Of a stretch of 64,000 nt of DNA, positions 1 to 11,136 are shown one piece after another. Made by a program: the position numbers and the translations under genes. The notes beneath the pieces are model-generated. The model was not told the DNA's origin, did not search any database, and was given only the letters and a program-made list of their open reading frames with translations. Source of the stretch: Zancudomyces culisetae HAW-14-8 (lineage: Eukaryota > Fungi > Kickxellomycota); contig JBNJNM010000011.1 of NCBI GenBank assembly GCA_052426225.1, positions 1,674,001 to 1,738,000 of the forward strand, in the 5' to 3' direction. Within the stretch, counting starts at the first letter, position 1, and every line of letters begins with the position of its first letter.

Positions 1-2
1 GC

Positions 3-2378
3 ATAACAGATGATCAGAAGCTCGAGTTATATGCGCCAAATGGTGACCCACAGGGTATCAATTTGAAAGTGATTCAAGGTGATGGGAATGTAGATGTATC
101 AGCAATAACCAAAAGCAAAAAGGGTAAAACTGGTAAAAATGAAAAGGGTGACAAGGGTGATAATAAAAAGCAAAATTGTACAAAGGACACACAGAACGGT
201 ACAGTGGAAATAGAATGCCAGGTAAAGGACTTTGAAGCTGTCGAATTTAAAAATGATAACAACAAGGAGACCAGAGTGGCGAATACGAATTTACTGATTC
301 GGGCGATGGATTGGTGCCCACAATCTGACGAAACATGCACGTCATTTTTGGCAGTTGGGGGCATCAAAAAAGAGGCAGAAGTTACTCAAATTAACGGTAG
401 ACCCTTTTCTGCGTTCAACCAACAATTATCGTTTTCTTCGGACGGAGATGGTACAAACAGGGGAATCTATCAGGACAATGTGATTCAGATATGGCAGTAT
501 AACGAAACGGCGTTGAGGTTACGCTTGGTTATAGTACATGATAGAGGCGCAGTTTGGGGTCTCAAGTGGTGTCCGCTTCGACCAAATAATAACCTAAGTG
601 ATTATTTCAGTATGCTAAGACTGTCAAAGCTGATTTTGGATAATACAAAAGTGACAAATAAATTGAAAAGGCAGGTTTCAGGGTTTGCGGAAACAAATGA
701 GATTTATAAATCGAATAAATACAAACATATAGGAATACTGGCAGCGATGTTTGGTGATGGAACTGCAGCGGTGTTTGTAGTTCCGCACCCAAATACCATT
801 TCTACAGACAAGCAAACAGCTGAGTATATAAATATGCCAGTTTTGCTTATGGATATCAGAATGCCTGGAACTACTATTATGAAGTTGGAATGGCTTGGGT
901 GCGATCGAATTGTAACGTTTGGGTACAATGGATCCATGGCAATTTGGAGTGTTTCTAGTCACGTTTATAATTGCACCAAAGACCTAGATTTAGTTGAAGC
1001 TATACCTCCACACAATTCTCAGAGAGCATCACCTGCAGTTCCTCAGCTTTATACATCCACAACTTGTAAAACCATTTTGTCATCGAGCGCTCTTCCACCT
1101 ACAGCTTTGGTAAAAAAACTGTCACATGAAGATCTTTTACAGTTATATTTTGCCAAGGATTTAAATAGCAGTGAAGCCGCAACGGAAAAAAATAAAGAAA
1201 AGAGTTTGAAAAAACCAAAGTTAAATGCGACTAGGCATGAAATACTACAATTATTAAAGACCAGCATTAAGGGGCCAGTTGGAATTTTCCCATTGGAGAG
1301 GGCGCATTTCTTGGTTGGAACGACAGAGGGGGATGTAAATTTACTCGCCTTAGACCTACAGTCAACTAGCAAACCAACGCAGCAGTATCTTGTAAGTGCT
1401 GGTCTGGACTACCGGTATGCAGTCAGCTGGACTAGAGGAGGACAGATGGCATTGCTTTCTGACCCATATCATGAGCTTAGAGCTGGACCAACAATTCTGA
1501 TCCCTGGGATTTACGAGCTGTATGATACTATTAGACGGCAAGAAAGTCCCACACTAAACTACCTTCGTGATCGTGATGAAAAAAAGACAGAAAATCCGAC
1601 GTATATATTTGGGATTGCACCATTTATTAAATCGATTGATTCTACTAAATGTGCAGCAACTGAACTTCATGTATCAATCTCAAGATATGGTAAATACTTG
1701 CCACATCAACAGCAAAAGAATACTGATGCAGCTACTGGTTCTACAACAAAAATTGTGAAAACGAATAACTCAAAAACCGATATTTCAAAGGAGGATGTCG
1801 ATGACCAAGTTGCACTGATCATTGAGGAAATGGAAAGAATGGGAAATTCTACAGGCAACAAAAGTATTGGCAATACTCAAGCGAATTCATCTACAATCGA
1901 CAACACTGATAACACAAGCGCCCAAGCCGGCCTTGTAAACATATTAATGGCAACAACTACATGGTTTGCGCAACACAGGTCGTATTTAACCGATATAGCA
2001 ACCAGCGAATTCCACCAAATTGCAAGTTCGACAGCTGCTGATGGATCAGTAATTCTTTCCGACACTAATTTCCCCTTGTCTCCGAATTTCCCCAAACATA
2101 AGGCCCACGACACTGTCTACAACAATACTTTGTATACCCTAGAGTATCACCCAGACGAGAACACCTTCGTATACCAGGAACAGAAGCGGTATACAAGCCC
2201 CTCGGCTGCTGGTATAGGTGCCAGTGGGATCAAAAAAGAGTATGATAATGACGGCGTATTATATGACTATCGAGTTTCAATCAACTGCTCTGCTTGGCAC
2301 AGTTCGTTAGGCTCTTGTCATTTATTAGCCTCTGGTTCTAGTTCTGGTTTACTAAGAGTAGATAATTTGGATTATTGA
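3..2378 (+). CDS. WD40/beta-propeller protein, TFIIIC subunit Tfc6 (tau91/GTF3C2)-like; 5' end lies outside the window
   Basis: The frame is open from position 3 (ITDDQKLELYAPNG...), so the track start at 63 is not the true start. WD-like motifs: AMDWCP, VWGLKWCP, GILAAMFGDG, SSTAADGSV. The C-terminus WHSSLGSCHLLASGSSSGLLRVDNL resembles the end of fungal Tfc6. Confidence 0.65.
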   Translation: MTDDQKLELYAPNGDPQGINLKVIQGDGNVDVSAITKSKKGKTGKNEKGDKGDNKKQNCTKDTQNGTVEIECQVKDFEAVEFKNDNNKETRVANTNLLIRAMDWCPQSDETCTSFLAVGGIKKEAEVTQINGRPFSAFNQQLSFSSDGDGTNRGIYQDNVIQIWQYNETALRLRLVIVHDRGAVWGLKWCPLRPNNNLSDYFSMLRLSKLILDNTKVTNKLKRQVSGFAETNEIYKSNKYKHIGILAAMFGDGTAAVFVVPHPNTISTDKQTAEYINMPVLLMDIRMPGTTIMKLEWLGCDRIVTFGYNGSMAIWSVSSHVYNCTKDLDLVEAIPPHNSQRASPAVPQLYTSTTCKTILSSSALPPTALVKKLSHEDLLQLYFAKDLNSSEAATEKNKEKSLKKPKLNATRHEILQLLKTSIKGPVGIFPLERAHFLVGTTEGDVNLLALDLQSTSKPTQQYLVSAGLDYRYAVSWTRGGQMALLSDPYHELRAGPTILIPGIYELYDTIRRQESPTLNYLRDRDEKKTENPTYIFGIAPFIKSIDSTKCAATELHVSISRYGKYLPHQQQKNTDAATGSTTKIVKTNNSKTDISKEDVDDQVALIIEEMERMGNSTGNKSIGNTQANSSTIDNTDNTSAQAGLVNILMATTTWFAQHRSYLTDIATSEFHQIASSTAADGSVILSDTNFPLSPNFPKHKAHDTVYNNTLYTLEYHPDENTFVYQEQKRYTSPSAAGIGASGIKKEYDNDGVLYDYRVSINCSAWHSSLGSCHLLASGSSSGLLRVDNLDY

Positions 2379-2723
2379 TATGGTGTGTACATTTTTATAT
2401 TCGCTTTTGTATTTTAGTTTGAATGTTTTCAAATTTTGGCTTTACAAATTGAATCATATTATAGGTATAATGTTACTTTAATTACGTGGGAAAGGCGTGT
2501 TTATTCTTGTCCGCAAAAATAAACTCTCGATTTATCCCTTTTCGTTTTGTTTATTTTCGCAATAGTAAAATTTAATGTATACTTTAAAGTCCAAGTTAAC
2601 TATACCTTCAACTCCAACAGTAGTGGTAATAAGCAAGAACGAATATACAACTACCTACTACCCTGAAAAAAACATAGTATTCTATTCGGAAAGCACTAGT
2701 GATTCAACTAATATAATTAAACG

Positions 2724-5159
2724 ATGAAAGAAAAAAACGACACTCAATTCCAGGCAACCATTTTGGAATTTTTAGAAGCCCTACCCACACCAGTCATACA
2801 AAAGCTATACTTAGAACCTGCAGTGTGTTTGGCCATATTCAGGTAACGTTTCTTTTTTACATATATTTCATTCACCACATTTAGTTTGCTGTGTTGTTTT
2901 GTGATTTTCTAGAATTTATGAAATGTTTTATAACAAAATCTTTAGTTTGATACCAACCCTCTTTTTCTACCCTCCTCTTCCAAATGTCAAGGATAGGGGA
3001 TGGTGAGTTTGTTTGCTTGTTTTGTTTTTGTTTTACCATTTTCATATAAAAGCGACTTAACAAGACGAGAATTAATGACAATAGGTTGCTACCAACAATT
3101 TCCAAGCAGATTATAATGTCGATTTTGTATATCAAAAAGGCGATTTCTACAACAGATGTGATGGTCTGGCGTAAACAGATACAAGAGTAAGAAAAGAATA
3201 GCCAAATTTTGTACTATTTTGAACCGTTGTATAACATAATCACCCAAAAATCTTGTAAATATAGAGAAAATGATAACTTTATTGTGTCTTGCACCAAACG
3301 ATTACGAAAATTGCACATTATCACCGATTCCTCAGAGCAGATTTATTTAAATGATGATTTTCGCGAGCATTTTATCATGGGATTAACTGGAGGGTAAATA
3401 GTAAACTTTTCTACAAGAAATACTTGATACATGTCCGGTACTAGCTATACAAAAACCAATAATGTAATTAAAATAGATCCAGCAGAGACAAGTTTTCAAA
3501 AGTAGATAAGGATCCAGAGATTTCAGTTGGTGCATTAGATAGGTATACTACCGAAAAATGGGAGGCAAGTGTTTATTCATGTATTCATATATGCATTAGT
3601 GAAGCTATTTGCTAGCTATACCAACACATATCAATAATGTTCTTAATAACAATACTTATAATCTCATGGGTATAGTCGATTTTACACTACATGGTGGGGA
3701 CAAAAACCGAAAAGTATAAGCCAGGTTCAAAAGTGTTAAAACTATTAGAAAGAGCTAACTTGATGAAATATAGTGGTAGCAAAGGGCAATACATCATAAC
3801 AAGCCAAGGCTTTCAATTCTTGCTACAGGATTTATGTTCGCAGATATGGACGATTCTATTACAGTATTTGTCAAATATACAAAACGATGATGGTAACCAT
3901 GGCAGCAGTGGTGCTTCCGACAGCAACGTCAACAACAGTGACGTTACTCATATGAGAATAGAACGAGTAATGAAAGTATTTTTTCAATTTGGAAGCCTGA
4001 AGTTTGGAAAAGTGTATAAACTAGCCAATACAACATATGACCAAATAGAGGCAAAAACTCTGAAGGATTTGAACGAATTGGGCTTTGTTTACTATTGTAA
4101 GAGTGGTAGGAGTGATAGTATTGAGTTTATTCCCACCAGATTAATTTGTATATTAACAGGCGCTTCGGTGTCCAGTATAAACACAACAATATCATTGCTG
4201 AGTAGCTCAAAGACAACTAGTTTCAATGACTATTCCGGTGTTGTATCTGGTGGAAATGCAGGTGCCGATGGGAGTAATATGGGTACGCTAGCTAAAACGG
4301 GTGGCTCTGGGAATGAAGAAGACAATGGTGGTGCTTCTGACCCTGGGTTTATAATTGTAGAAACCAACTATCGCTTGTACGCTTATACAGGTAAAGACAA
4401 AAACAATTTTCTATGCTCCTATGTTGTGGTGGACCATACCTGAAAGCCATTTGGTTTTACTTTTTTTTTAAAAAAAAAATGAATGGTGGAATAGATTCGA
4501 TTTTGCAAATTTCAATTTTGAGCTTATTTGTGCAGCTAACAAGACGGTTCACCAACCTGGTGACAGGAATTATCACTAGAGAAAGTATTAAAAGGGCACT
4601 GAGGAATGGAATCACTTCAGAACAGGTAACATTATCTAACTTTTTTTTTTTTACTTGACCGATTGAAGCATATTTAAAACGAATACTAGAGAATAAGTAC
4701 TTGTAAAATAGATCGTCACATATTTGACCATGTATGCGCATCCCATAATGAAAACAAATACTCCGCCAATTCCCATATCAGTTACTGATCAAATAAGATT
4801 ATGGGAACTTGAAAAGAACAGACTGGTCCCAACATCAGGTATGCTATTTAAAACACATCTGCATTCACCACAATTCGTTTTCATTTTTGTATTTGTTTGT
4901 ATGTTTATTTATGCATTTATTATTAATGAGATACAATTGTACAAAATGTTTACTGTAAAACACCTATTAACAAAAAATAGCATACTTGTACCACGAGTTC
5001 AGCAGGCAACAAGACTTTGATAGTGCTTACAAATATGCAGAGCAACTGGGTGCTGTATGCTGGGTTAATCCTAAGAAAAGGGTTATGGCAATCAATAGCG
5101 AAAATCATGATTTGGTGAAAGATTTTGTTAAAAAGCGGATGACTAGCATGAGGCGATAG
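2724..5159 (+). CDS. TFB2: TFIIH subunit Tfb2/p52, 8 exons (2724-2842, 3085-3186, 3265-3393, 3477-3564, 3676-4390, 4495-4625, 4712-4838, 4981-5159)
   Basis: The spliced frame gives KLYLEPAVCLAIFRLLP, EKWESILHYMVGT, ITSQGFQFLLQD, GFIIVETNYRLYAYT, ITRESIKRALRNGITSEQ and VTDQIRLWELEKNRL, all Tfb2 motifs. Intron phases are consistent. Confidence 0.93.
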
Positions 5160-5706
5160 CTGTTCTCCATGCCCCCATTTCTTCCTTTCATTTTTTTTTG
5201 TTTTGCTCTCCACACCCTCCTTAAAAATATATTTCTTGCTTAACCATGAATATCACCATGTTATAATAAAACTGTATATCTTTTCTTGTTTTTTTGCTTT
5301 TGATTTGGTTTGATAGAATGGTGTTGAGAGGGTTGATTGATAAAAAATCATCTGTTAGCTCTAAAAAAGAAATCAGTTAAAGCAAACATGATTAGCCAAC
5401 AATGCATGCCAGTTTGTGGATATTTCTATTTTTTTTCCAATCCGTGGTACTTTTTGACTAATCCAATGGAAAATGTATTTTGGACAACTTTTAAAAGCTA
5501 TTCACCAGTACATCATCGGATTAATAGTAAACAAATATATCAGCCTAGTAATAAATATACAAATATATGTCAAAGAAGTCGAAATTAGGTGAAAAAGACA
5601 AGAAAACAGGGTAAAGGTACAATCGTAGGACACAGGGTATGACACAAAAGTCTAAAAAGGTCGCAGAGTAATAAAATATATATAACAGTGGACAGATCCC
5701 TGGGCC

Positions 5707-8700
5707 ATGAAACGCTCAAAGTCGTTTAAAACGCCATTTAAAAAAAATCCGATATCAGATCCGATATTAATCAGCCCACAAACATCATTAGATACGGTGA
5801 ATACAGGGGTTTTGAAGGCGTTGACAAATAAAATATCATTCGATGATTTAGAAGACAGTTTCCAAGAAAAGCCAGCAAGTAAATTAATTAAAAGTGGCAA
5901 CCACAAGTATACTGCTTTTCGGTCGAAAAATGGCGTCGCTGAATCAAAAGCAGCGTATTCGAGTTTTGTAACCGCTTCGCAAGTACACTTGACGAAAAGC
6001 GATGAAAATGGCGACAAAGATCCCAAGAGTAATGCACACGACGGGTTGAAGGGAGCTAGGATTAATGATAGGATTTTTAAACATAATAAGAAAGAACAAG
6101 TGATTGAAATTTCAGATTCCAACAGCAGTGGTAATGAGATGGAAGAAAAAATAACAGAAATTCTTGAATCCCTCCAACTCGAGAAAAGAGCAGCTCGAGT
6201 CAAAAAAGGGGAAGAGTGGAAACTGGATACTAAACAAACAAAGTTGGCAAAACTTGATATCAGTCGTCCACTATTGATAGTGGCTGGTGCTGGATCAGGG
6301 AAAACATCAACATTGTGTGCCAGGGTCAAGTATTTAGTGAAAATGGGTGTACAACCAAATAAAATATTGGTGCTGACATTTTCAAACAAGGCGGCTGGAG
6401 AATTAAAACAGCGAATTGAGATGGATGCGAAAAACACAGATACAATGCCGCATCAGGGTGTGAATACCACCAATGTAACACCTCTGAAACCCATCATATC
6501 TACATTTCACGCGTTTTGCTATCAACTGGTTTTTCGATACTACGAAGTACTGGGGTTTAAAACCAAACCAATGGTGATATCGACAAAGGCACAGAGTATA
6601 AAGGCGTTGGAGAGAGGCATTTATCGGATATACAATCTAAAACTACTGCGGTTGTTTGAAAAGGAGCTCGCCAGGGTAGATGTAAAACTACCAAAACTCG
6701 AAAAGCTGGTTACAGTTACTGAAAAGAATGATGCAAAAGTAGTAAAAGGCAAAGAAGTGAAGCAAGAACAGACTGAGCAGAGCCTAGTAAATCAGTTGTG
6801 GAAACAGATAGAGAAAGCGACAAAAATTAAAATAGATACCAATCTGGTAAAAACCGATAAGGAGCTATTTGAAAAGCACATAGAAATGTACATGGAATTT
6901 ACGAGGCGAGCACACAGGCCAATCGACAACCTAGACCAGTCAAAACTGAGTAAAATGTACGATTTTGTGCAAAAGGCTAGGGCAAAGGGACAGAAAGCAA
7001 ACGAGTTTCTTGAAGACCAAAAGCAGTGGATGGAGAGCTATCAATGGGGCAAAAGAAGCTTGGGGTTGGTGGATTTTGACGACATGTTGAGTTATGGAAA
7101 TCAACTTTTGGAGGTCAAGGGTATCCTGAAGAAAGTATGCAAGCAAATGGAATACATGCTGGTGGATGAGTTTCAAGATTTAAACAAGTTGCAAATGCAG
7201 ATCATCATGGCACTGCAAAAATCAAAAGGGAATGTCACTGTTGTCGGGGATGAAAGACAAAGTATATATGGATTTCGTGGGGCTGCGCCTGATCACAATT
7301 TTCAAGTGTTTTTGGACCATTTTGTTGATGGAAACGATGTTGGAATCAGCAACAACAAGCCAGTAAAACCACTACTGGCGTTTTACAAGAAAAAAGGAAT
7401 AAAAGAGTCTTCGTTCCAGAGCCTTGATACTAACTATCGGTCAAAAGCATTATTGGTGGATCTGGGAAACCTGGTTATGGACACAACAAATCTAGACAAC
7501 AAATTGCTGTCTCGATTAAGAGTGAGTGTTACAGCATCGCCAGAAAACAAGACTAACGACAGAGATACCAATAGCGCATTCTTATGGAGGTTCAGGGATG
7601 AGTTTCAAGAGGCAGATTCCATTGCTAGATGCGTTAAACATTTGATTACCAAAGGAGGATACCGAGGAGGAGAAATAGCGATATTAATGAGAAATCTGCG
7701 ATTTGGTCCACTCATCCTAACAAAAAATTTGCAGAATGCGTTGGCACTACAGGGGATAAAATACGTTGTACGCGGTGGTCAGTCACTTGTATCATCCAGA
7801 AAATGGCTTGGACTGGCCAACTACTTGCGCGCGGTGTGTTTGAAAGAAGACTCGGAGGCCATGAAGTCGTGTATTGAGGATTTTGTAGCTGGTGTTGGGC
7901 CAGCCACACTGAAAAGGATTAGCGACCTTGAGGGATCAGTGGCAAAGGAATTTTTCACAAATGAGAGGTCTGCTGAAGACTCCCGACCTGTGATTGTGGG
8001 ATTTGAGCAATGTCTGGATTTTGCGATCAAGACATCGGTTGTCAAGGGTAAAACTAGGCAGTCATTGCAAGAGTTTCTTGAGCAGGTATATAATCTTCGC
8101 GGGCAAATTGGCAAATCATCATTATCTGAGTTTATTTGCTCTGTTTATGATACAATCAAACCTTTCTATATTATCCCCACTACTGAGCGCAACGACAACA
8201 GTAATGATAATAATAATAGTGCTAAAAAAGACGAGAATTTATCCGCAGAAATACAAAACCTCGATTTCCACAAAGACTTCTTGGTTTCCATCTTGAAGGG
8301 TTTCTCGACATTTACCGCAGACTCTAGTCATCCTGATCAATCTTTGTCGGAAAATGTAGAAAATACTGACGAGTATCACTTCAACTGTGTCAGTATCGAC
8401 TCTACATCCATAGCCACTAGACCAGTTATTCTATCTTTTGTTGCACACTTGAGTATGCTTTCCGACTCTTCTCTGACCAACGATATTGGACCGCCTGATC
8501 AATCTGACAGCCAAAGCGGCACATCAAATGTTCACAATGATGCCAGAGATACTGTGATAATTTCCACAATTCACCAGGCCAAGGGACTTGAATGGCCTGT
8601 TGTTTTTTTACCACTTTTTATAGAATCATTAATTCCCAGACTGCCCACACAGGCATCTCTCCAGCTGTCCAATGACCCATACCAAAACACGAACCCAGAT

Positions 8701-9051
8701 ATAATTAAGGCCAAACTACACCACCATTTTGAAGAAGAGAAAAGACTGGCGTATGTGGCTATTACCAGAGCTAAGGAGAAAGTCTTCATCAGCTATCCAC
8801 ACACTACCAAAGATGCGTGTTTCTTGCCCAGATCTGGCTTTGGTTTTGGTTTTAGAAACGGAAATCCAGTGTTTGCTTCGAGCAAAGCGGTGGTGGATTT
8901 CGATTATTATGAGGACGTCTTGTGCGGAAATGATGGTGCTGAGCCTTTTAGTTTGAATCATACAATCTTGTCGAGATTTATTCCGCAAAATTTGCGGGCT
9001 AATGGAGGAAAGATTTCAGAGTATGGTGACCTTCATTTTGTAAAATTTTAG
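5707..9051 (+). CDS. SRS2: SF1A UvrD/PcrA-family ATP-dependent DNA helicase, probable Srs2 orthologue (intronless, 1114 aa)
   Basis: All SF1 motifs are present: AGAGSGKT, LVLTFSNKAA, STFHAF, DFDDML, LVDEFQD, VVGDERQSIYGFRGA, NYRS, STIHQAKGLEWPVVF, EEKRLAYVAITRAKE. Confidence 0.85.
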   Translation: MKRSKSFKTPFKKNPISDPILISPQTSLDTVNTGVLKALTNKISFDDLEDSFQEKPASKLIKSGNHKYTAFRSKNGVAESKAAYSSFVTASQVHLTKSDENGDKDPKSNAHDGLKGARINDRIFKHNKKEQVIEISDSNSSGNEMEEKITEILESLQLEKRAARVKKGEEWKLDTKQTKLAKLDISRPLLIVAGAGSGKTSTLCARVKYLVKMGVQPNKILVLTFSNKAAGELKQRIEMDAKNTDTMPHQGVNTTNVTPLKPIISTFHAFCYQLVFRYYEVLGFKTKPMVISTKAQSIKALERGIYRIYNLKLLRLFEKELARVDVKLPKLEKLVTVTEKNDAKVVKGKEVKQEQTEQSLVNQLWKQIEKATKIKIDTNLVKTDKELFEKHIEMYMEFTRRAHRPIDNLDQSKLSKMYDFVQKARAKGQKANEFLEDQKQWMESYQWGKRSLGLVDFDDMLSYGNQLLEVKGILKKVCKQMEYMLVDEFQDLNKLQMQIIMALQKSKGNVTVVGDERQSIYGFRGAAPDHNFQVFLDHFVDGNDVGISNNKPVKPLLAFYKKKGIKESSFQSLDTNYRSKALLVDLGNLVMDTTNLDNKLLSRLRVSVTASPENKTNDRDTNSAFLWRFRDEFQEADSIARCVKHLITKGGYRGGEIAILMRNLRFGPLILTKNLQNALALQGIKYVVRGGQSLVSSRKWLGLANYLRAVCLKEDSEAMKSCIEDFVAGVGPATLKRISDLEGSVAKEFFTNERSAEDSRPVIVGFEQCLDFAIKTSVVKGKTRQSLQEFLEQVYNLRGQIGKSSLSEFICSVYDTIKPFYIIPTTERNDNSNDNNNSAKKDENLSAEIQNLDFHKDFLVSILKGFSTFTADSSHPDQSLSENVENTDEYHFNCVSIDSTSIATRPVILSFVAHLSMLSDSSLTNDIGPPDQSDSQSGTSNVHNDARDTVIISTIHQAKGLEWPVVFLPLFIESLIPRLPTQASLQLSNDPYQNTNPDIIKAKLHHHFEEEKRLAYVAITRAKEKVFISYPHTTKDACFLPRSGFGFGFRNGNPVFASSKAVVDFDYYEDVLCGNDGAEPFSLNHTILSRFIPQNLRANGGKISEYGDLHFVKF

Positions 9052-9763
9052 CTTTTTCTTGCTTTATCTTTTCTTTTTTTTGCCTGATTTTGCCTGTTAT
9101 AAACTATTATCACCTATATCGGTATCCACTGACACTTATGTATCTTATACTATTTTCAAACCGATGTATTTTGATGCGTTGAAAGCTAACCAACGCCAGT
9201 GGGTACAATTATTTGCTTGTATACTAGTATGTCTGGAGAAAGCGTGGAAAGTAGAATGAATAATATTAGCCTGTTCTTATCTACCTGGCTACAACCTGGT
9301 TTTTTCATTCCCTCTCTCTTTCTATTTCTATTTCTATTTCCATTTCTCTCCCTCTTCCTTTCTACTCAAAGTTGGTCTACTAGCTTACATGTTCAGCTCT
9401 GAACTTTTTTCTGTATGTACATATTTTTGATATGATTCTGGTAAGTCGGTTGCGGCTGATTTGTGCTTGAAACTCCAATATTTAGCCAGTAGGCTTTCCA
9501 ATTATTTTTTCACTACTTTTTTTTACTAGCTGATCATTGGCCTGCTATTTGGTCCTTTTTTTGGCTGTGTCTATAGTTGTTATCCAACCTAAATTGTTAT
9601 AAAAAAAGAAAAGCTTACATTGGCAGCGCGCAAATTCTCCAAAAGAAAAAAAAAATACTGCAAATAATCTCCAAAAATTACGTTTATAAACATATTTGAA
9701 TATCCGCCCTTCTCCGATTTTCAACTCTTTTCAAAGCTAAACAGTCAACTTATTTTGTTTCAG

Positions 9764-9835
9764 GTAGAGCTCAAGCTTTTTGATTATTTTATACTAGTTT
9801 AAAATATATCAAAACTAATCATTAACGAAATATAG
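9764..9835 (+). other. Possible 5'-UTR intron of the 6-phosphogluconolactonase gene
   Basis: CAG|GTAGAG donor, ACTAAT branch-like motif near 9814, and a TATAG acceptor matching the local consensus, ending 39 nt before the ATG. Confidence 0.4.
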
Positions 9836-9874
9836 ATCTTACACAAGTTTATAGCTAACAAAAAAAAGAACAAA

Positions 9875-10666
9875 ATGCGGTCTAGAAAGGTTTACTCGCT
9901 TGAAAAATCAAAGATTTCAGAGTCGGTATGCGATTTGCTGGAGAAGCTCTCAGCAGCAGCTATTAAAAAGTCTGGTCATTTTATGGTTGCATTCTCTGGT
10001 GGCTCATTACCCGAAATAGTAGCTCAAGGGTTGGTAAATCCAGAGAAAAAGCGCGATATAGATTTTACTAAATGGTGGATCTTTTTCTCCGATGAACGTT
10101 GTGTTCCACATTCGAGCCCAGATTCCAACTATAATCTAGTCAAGACATCGATACTAGACAAACTATATCAGCTCAATAAAGACACTAAAAATTATATACC
10201 CAAGGAGCAAGTGATTAAAATCAACTCAAAGCTTGTACACGATGCGGAGCTGGCAGCCGATGATTACAATTCACAATTGGTCAAGGCATTTGCCTCTAGA
10301 GAAACTGTCAGGTATCCTGTATTTGATTGTATTTTGCTGGGTGTAGGTCCAGACGGTCACACTTGCTCGTTGTTCCCACACATGCCACAGTTAAACGTCA
10401 CCGATATCTGGGTTACTTATATCAACAACTCTCCGAAACCACCAAGCAGTAGAATTACCCTGACTTTGCCTGTGGTCAATGATGCCCACAATGTGGTCTT
10501 TGTCGCCACTGGAGCTAGCAAGGATACAATTATGGATAGCATATTGAACAAAAATGATAAAACTCTACCCTCGACCAATGTCAACCCTGTTAGGGGCGAA
10601 TTGTTTTGGTTCTTGGATAAAGATGCAGCCAAACTTGTTAACCCTAACATCATTAGCCAGCTTTAA
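9875..10666 (+). CDS. 6-phosphogluconolactonase (SOL/PGLS family)
   Basis: Motifs VAFSGGSLP, IFFSDERCVP, FDCILLGVGPDGHTCSLFP, NSPKPPSSRITLTLPV, WFLDKDAA. Confidence 0.95.
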   Translation: MRSRKVYSLEKSKISESVCDLLEKLSAAAIKKSGHFMVAFSGGSLPEIVAQGLVNPEKKRDIDFTKWWIFFSDERCVPHSSPDSNYNLVKTSILDKLYQLNKDTKNYIPKEQVIKINSKLVHDAELAADDYNSQLVKAFASRETVRYPVFDCILLGVGPDGHTCSLFPHMPQLNVTDIWVTYINNSPKPPSSRITLTLPVVNDAHNVVFVATGASKDTIMDSILNKNDKTLPSTNVNPVRGELFWFLDKDAAKLVNPNIISQL

Positions 10667-11064
10667 TTGGTGTTGATTTTTCTTTTCTTTTTTTTTATTT
10701 CGCTTTGTTAGAGAGTGTGTGTGGAGGGAGATAATGGTTGTCGCTCCGCCGAATATACATTGGCTACTATCAATTTTTTTAAATAAACATAAATAAACCA
10801 AAATAACGGCTATGGCTGAATTAAGATTTTACAATCAATGGAATGGTGTTTTTAAATGCATAAATGAACCAACCAAACCTGCAAACATCTAACTGATCTT
10901 GGCTCTAGTATTGATTAGGTGTGTATTATCGATGTATATCACTTAAAACACATACAAAATCTAAAATAACAATTTAAAAAAGATTAATCCTAGTAGTACA
11001 CACCCACAACAAAATCATTCAGTATTGACGATGAGCAAAAAAAAATTAAATCTATTTTTAAAAA

Positions 11065-11136
11065 AGGTCCTACCGAGAGTCGAACTCGGGCTACTGGATT
11101 CAAAGTCCAATGTCATGACCGTTAGACCATAGGACC
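11065..11136 (-). tRNA. tRNA-Gln (anticodon UUG), intronless
   Basis: Reverse complement GGTCCTATGGTCTAACGGTCATGACATTGGACTTTGAATCCAGTAGCCCGAGTTCGACTCTCGGTAGGACCT folds as a cloverleaf: acceptor GGTCCTA/TAGGACC, anticodon loop CT-TTG-AA, T-loop GTTCGAC. It is followed by a T-run Pol III terminator. Confidence 0.95.

Noticed and set aside
5707-9051. Bacterial horizontal transfer of a UvrD/PcrA helicase
   Set aside because: The motif V context (STIHQAKGLEWPVVF) and long eukaryote-style low-complexity inserts fit fungal Srs2. Several other native genes here are also intronless.
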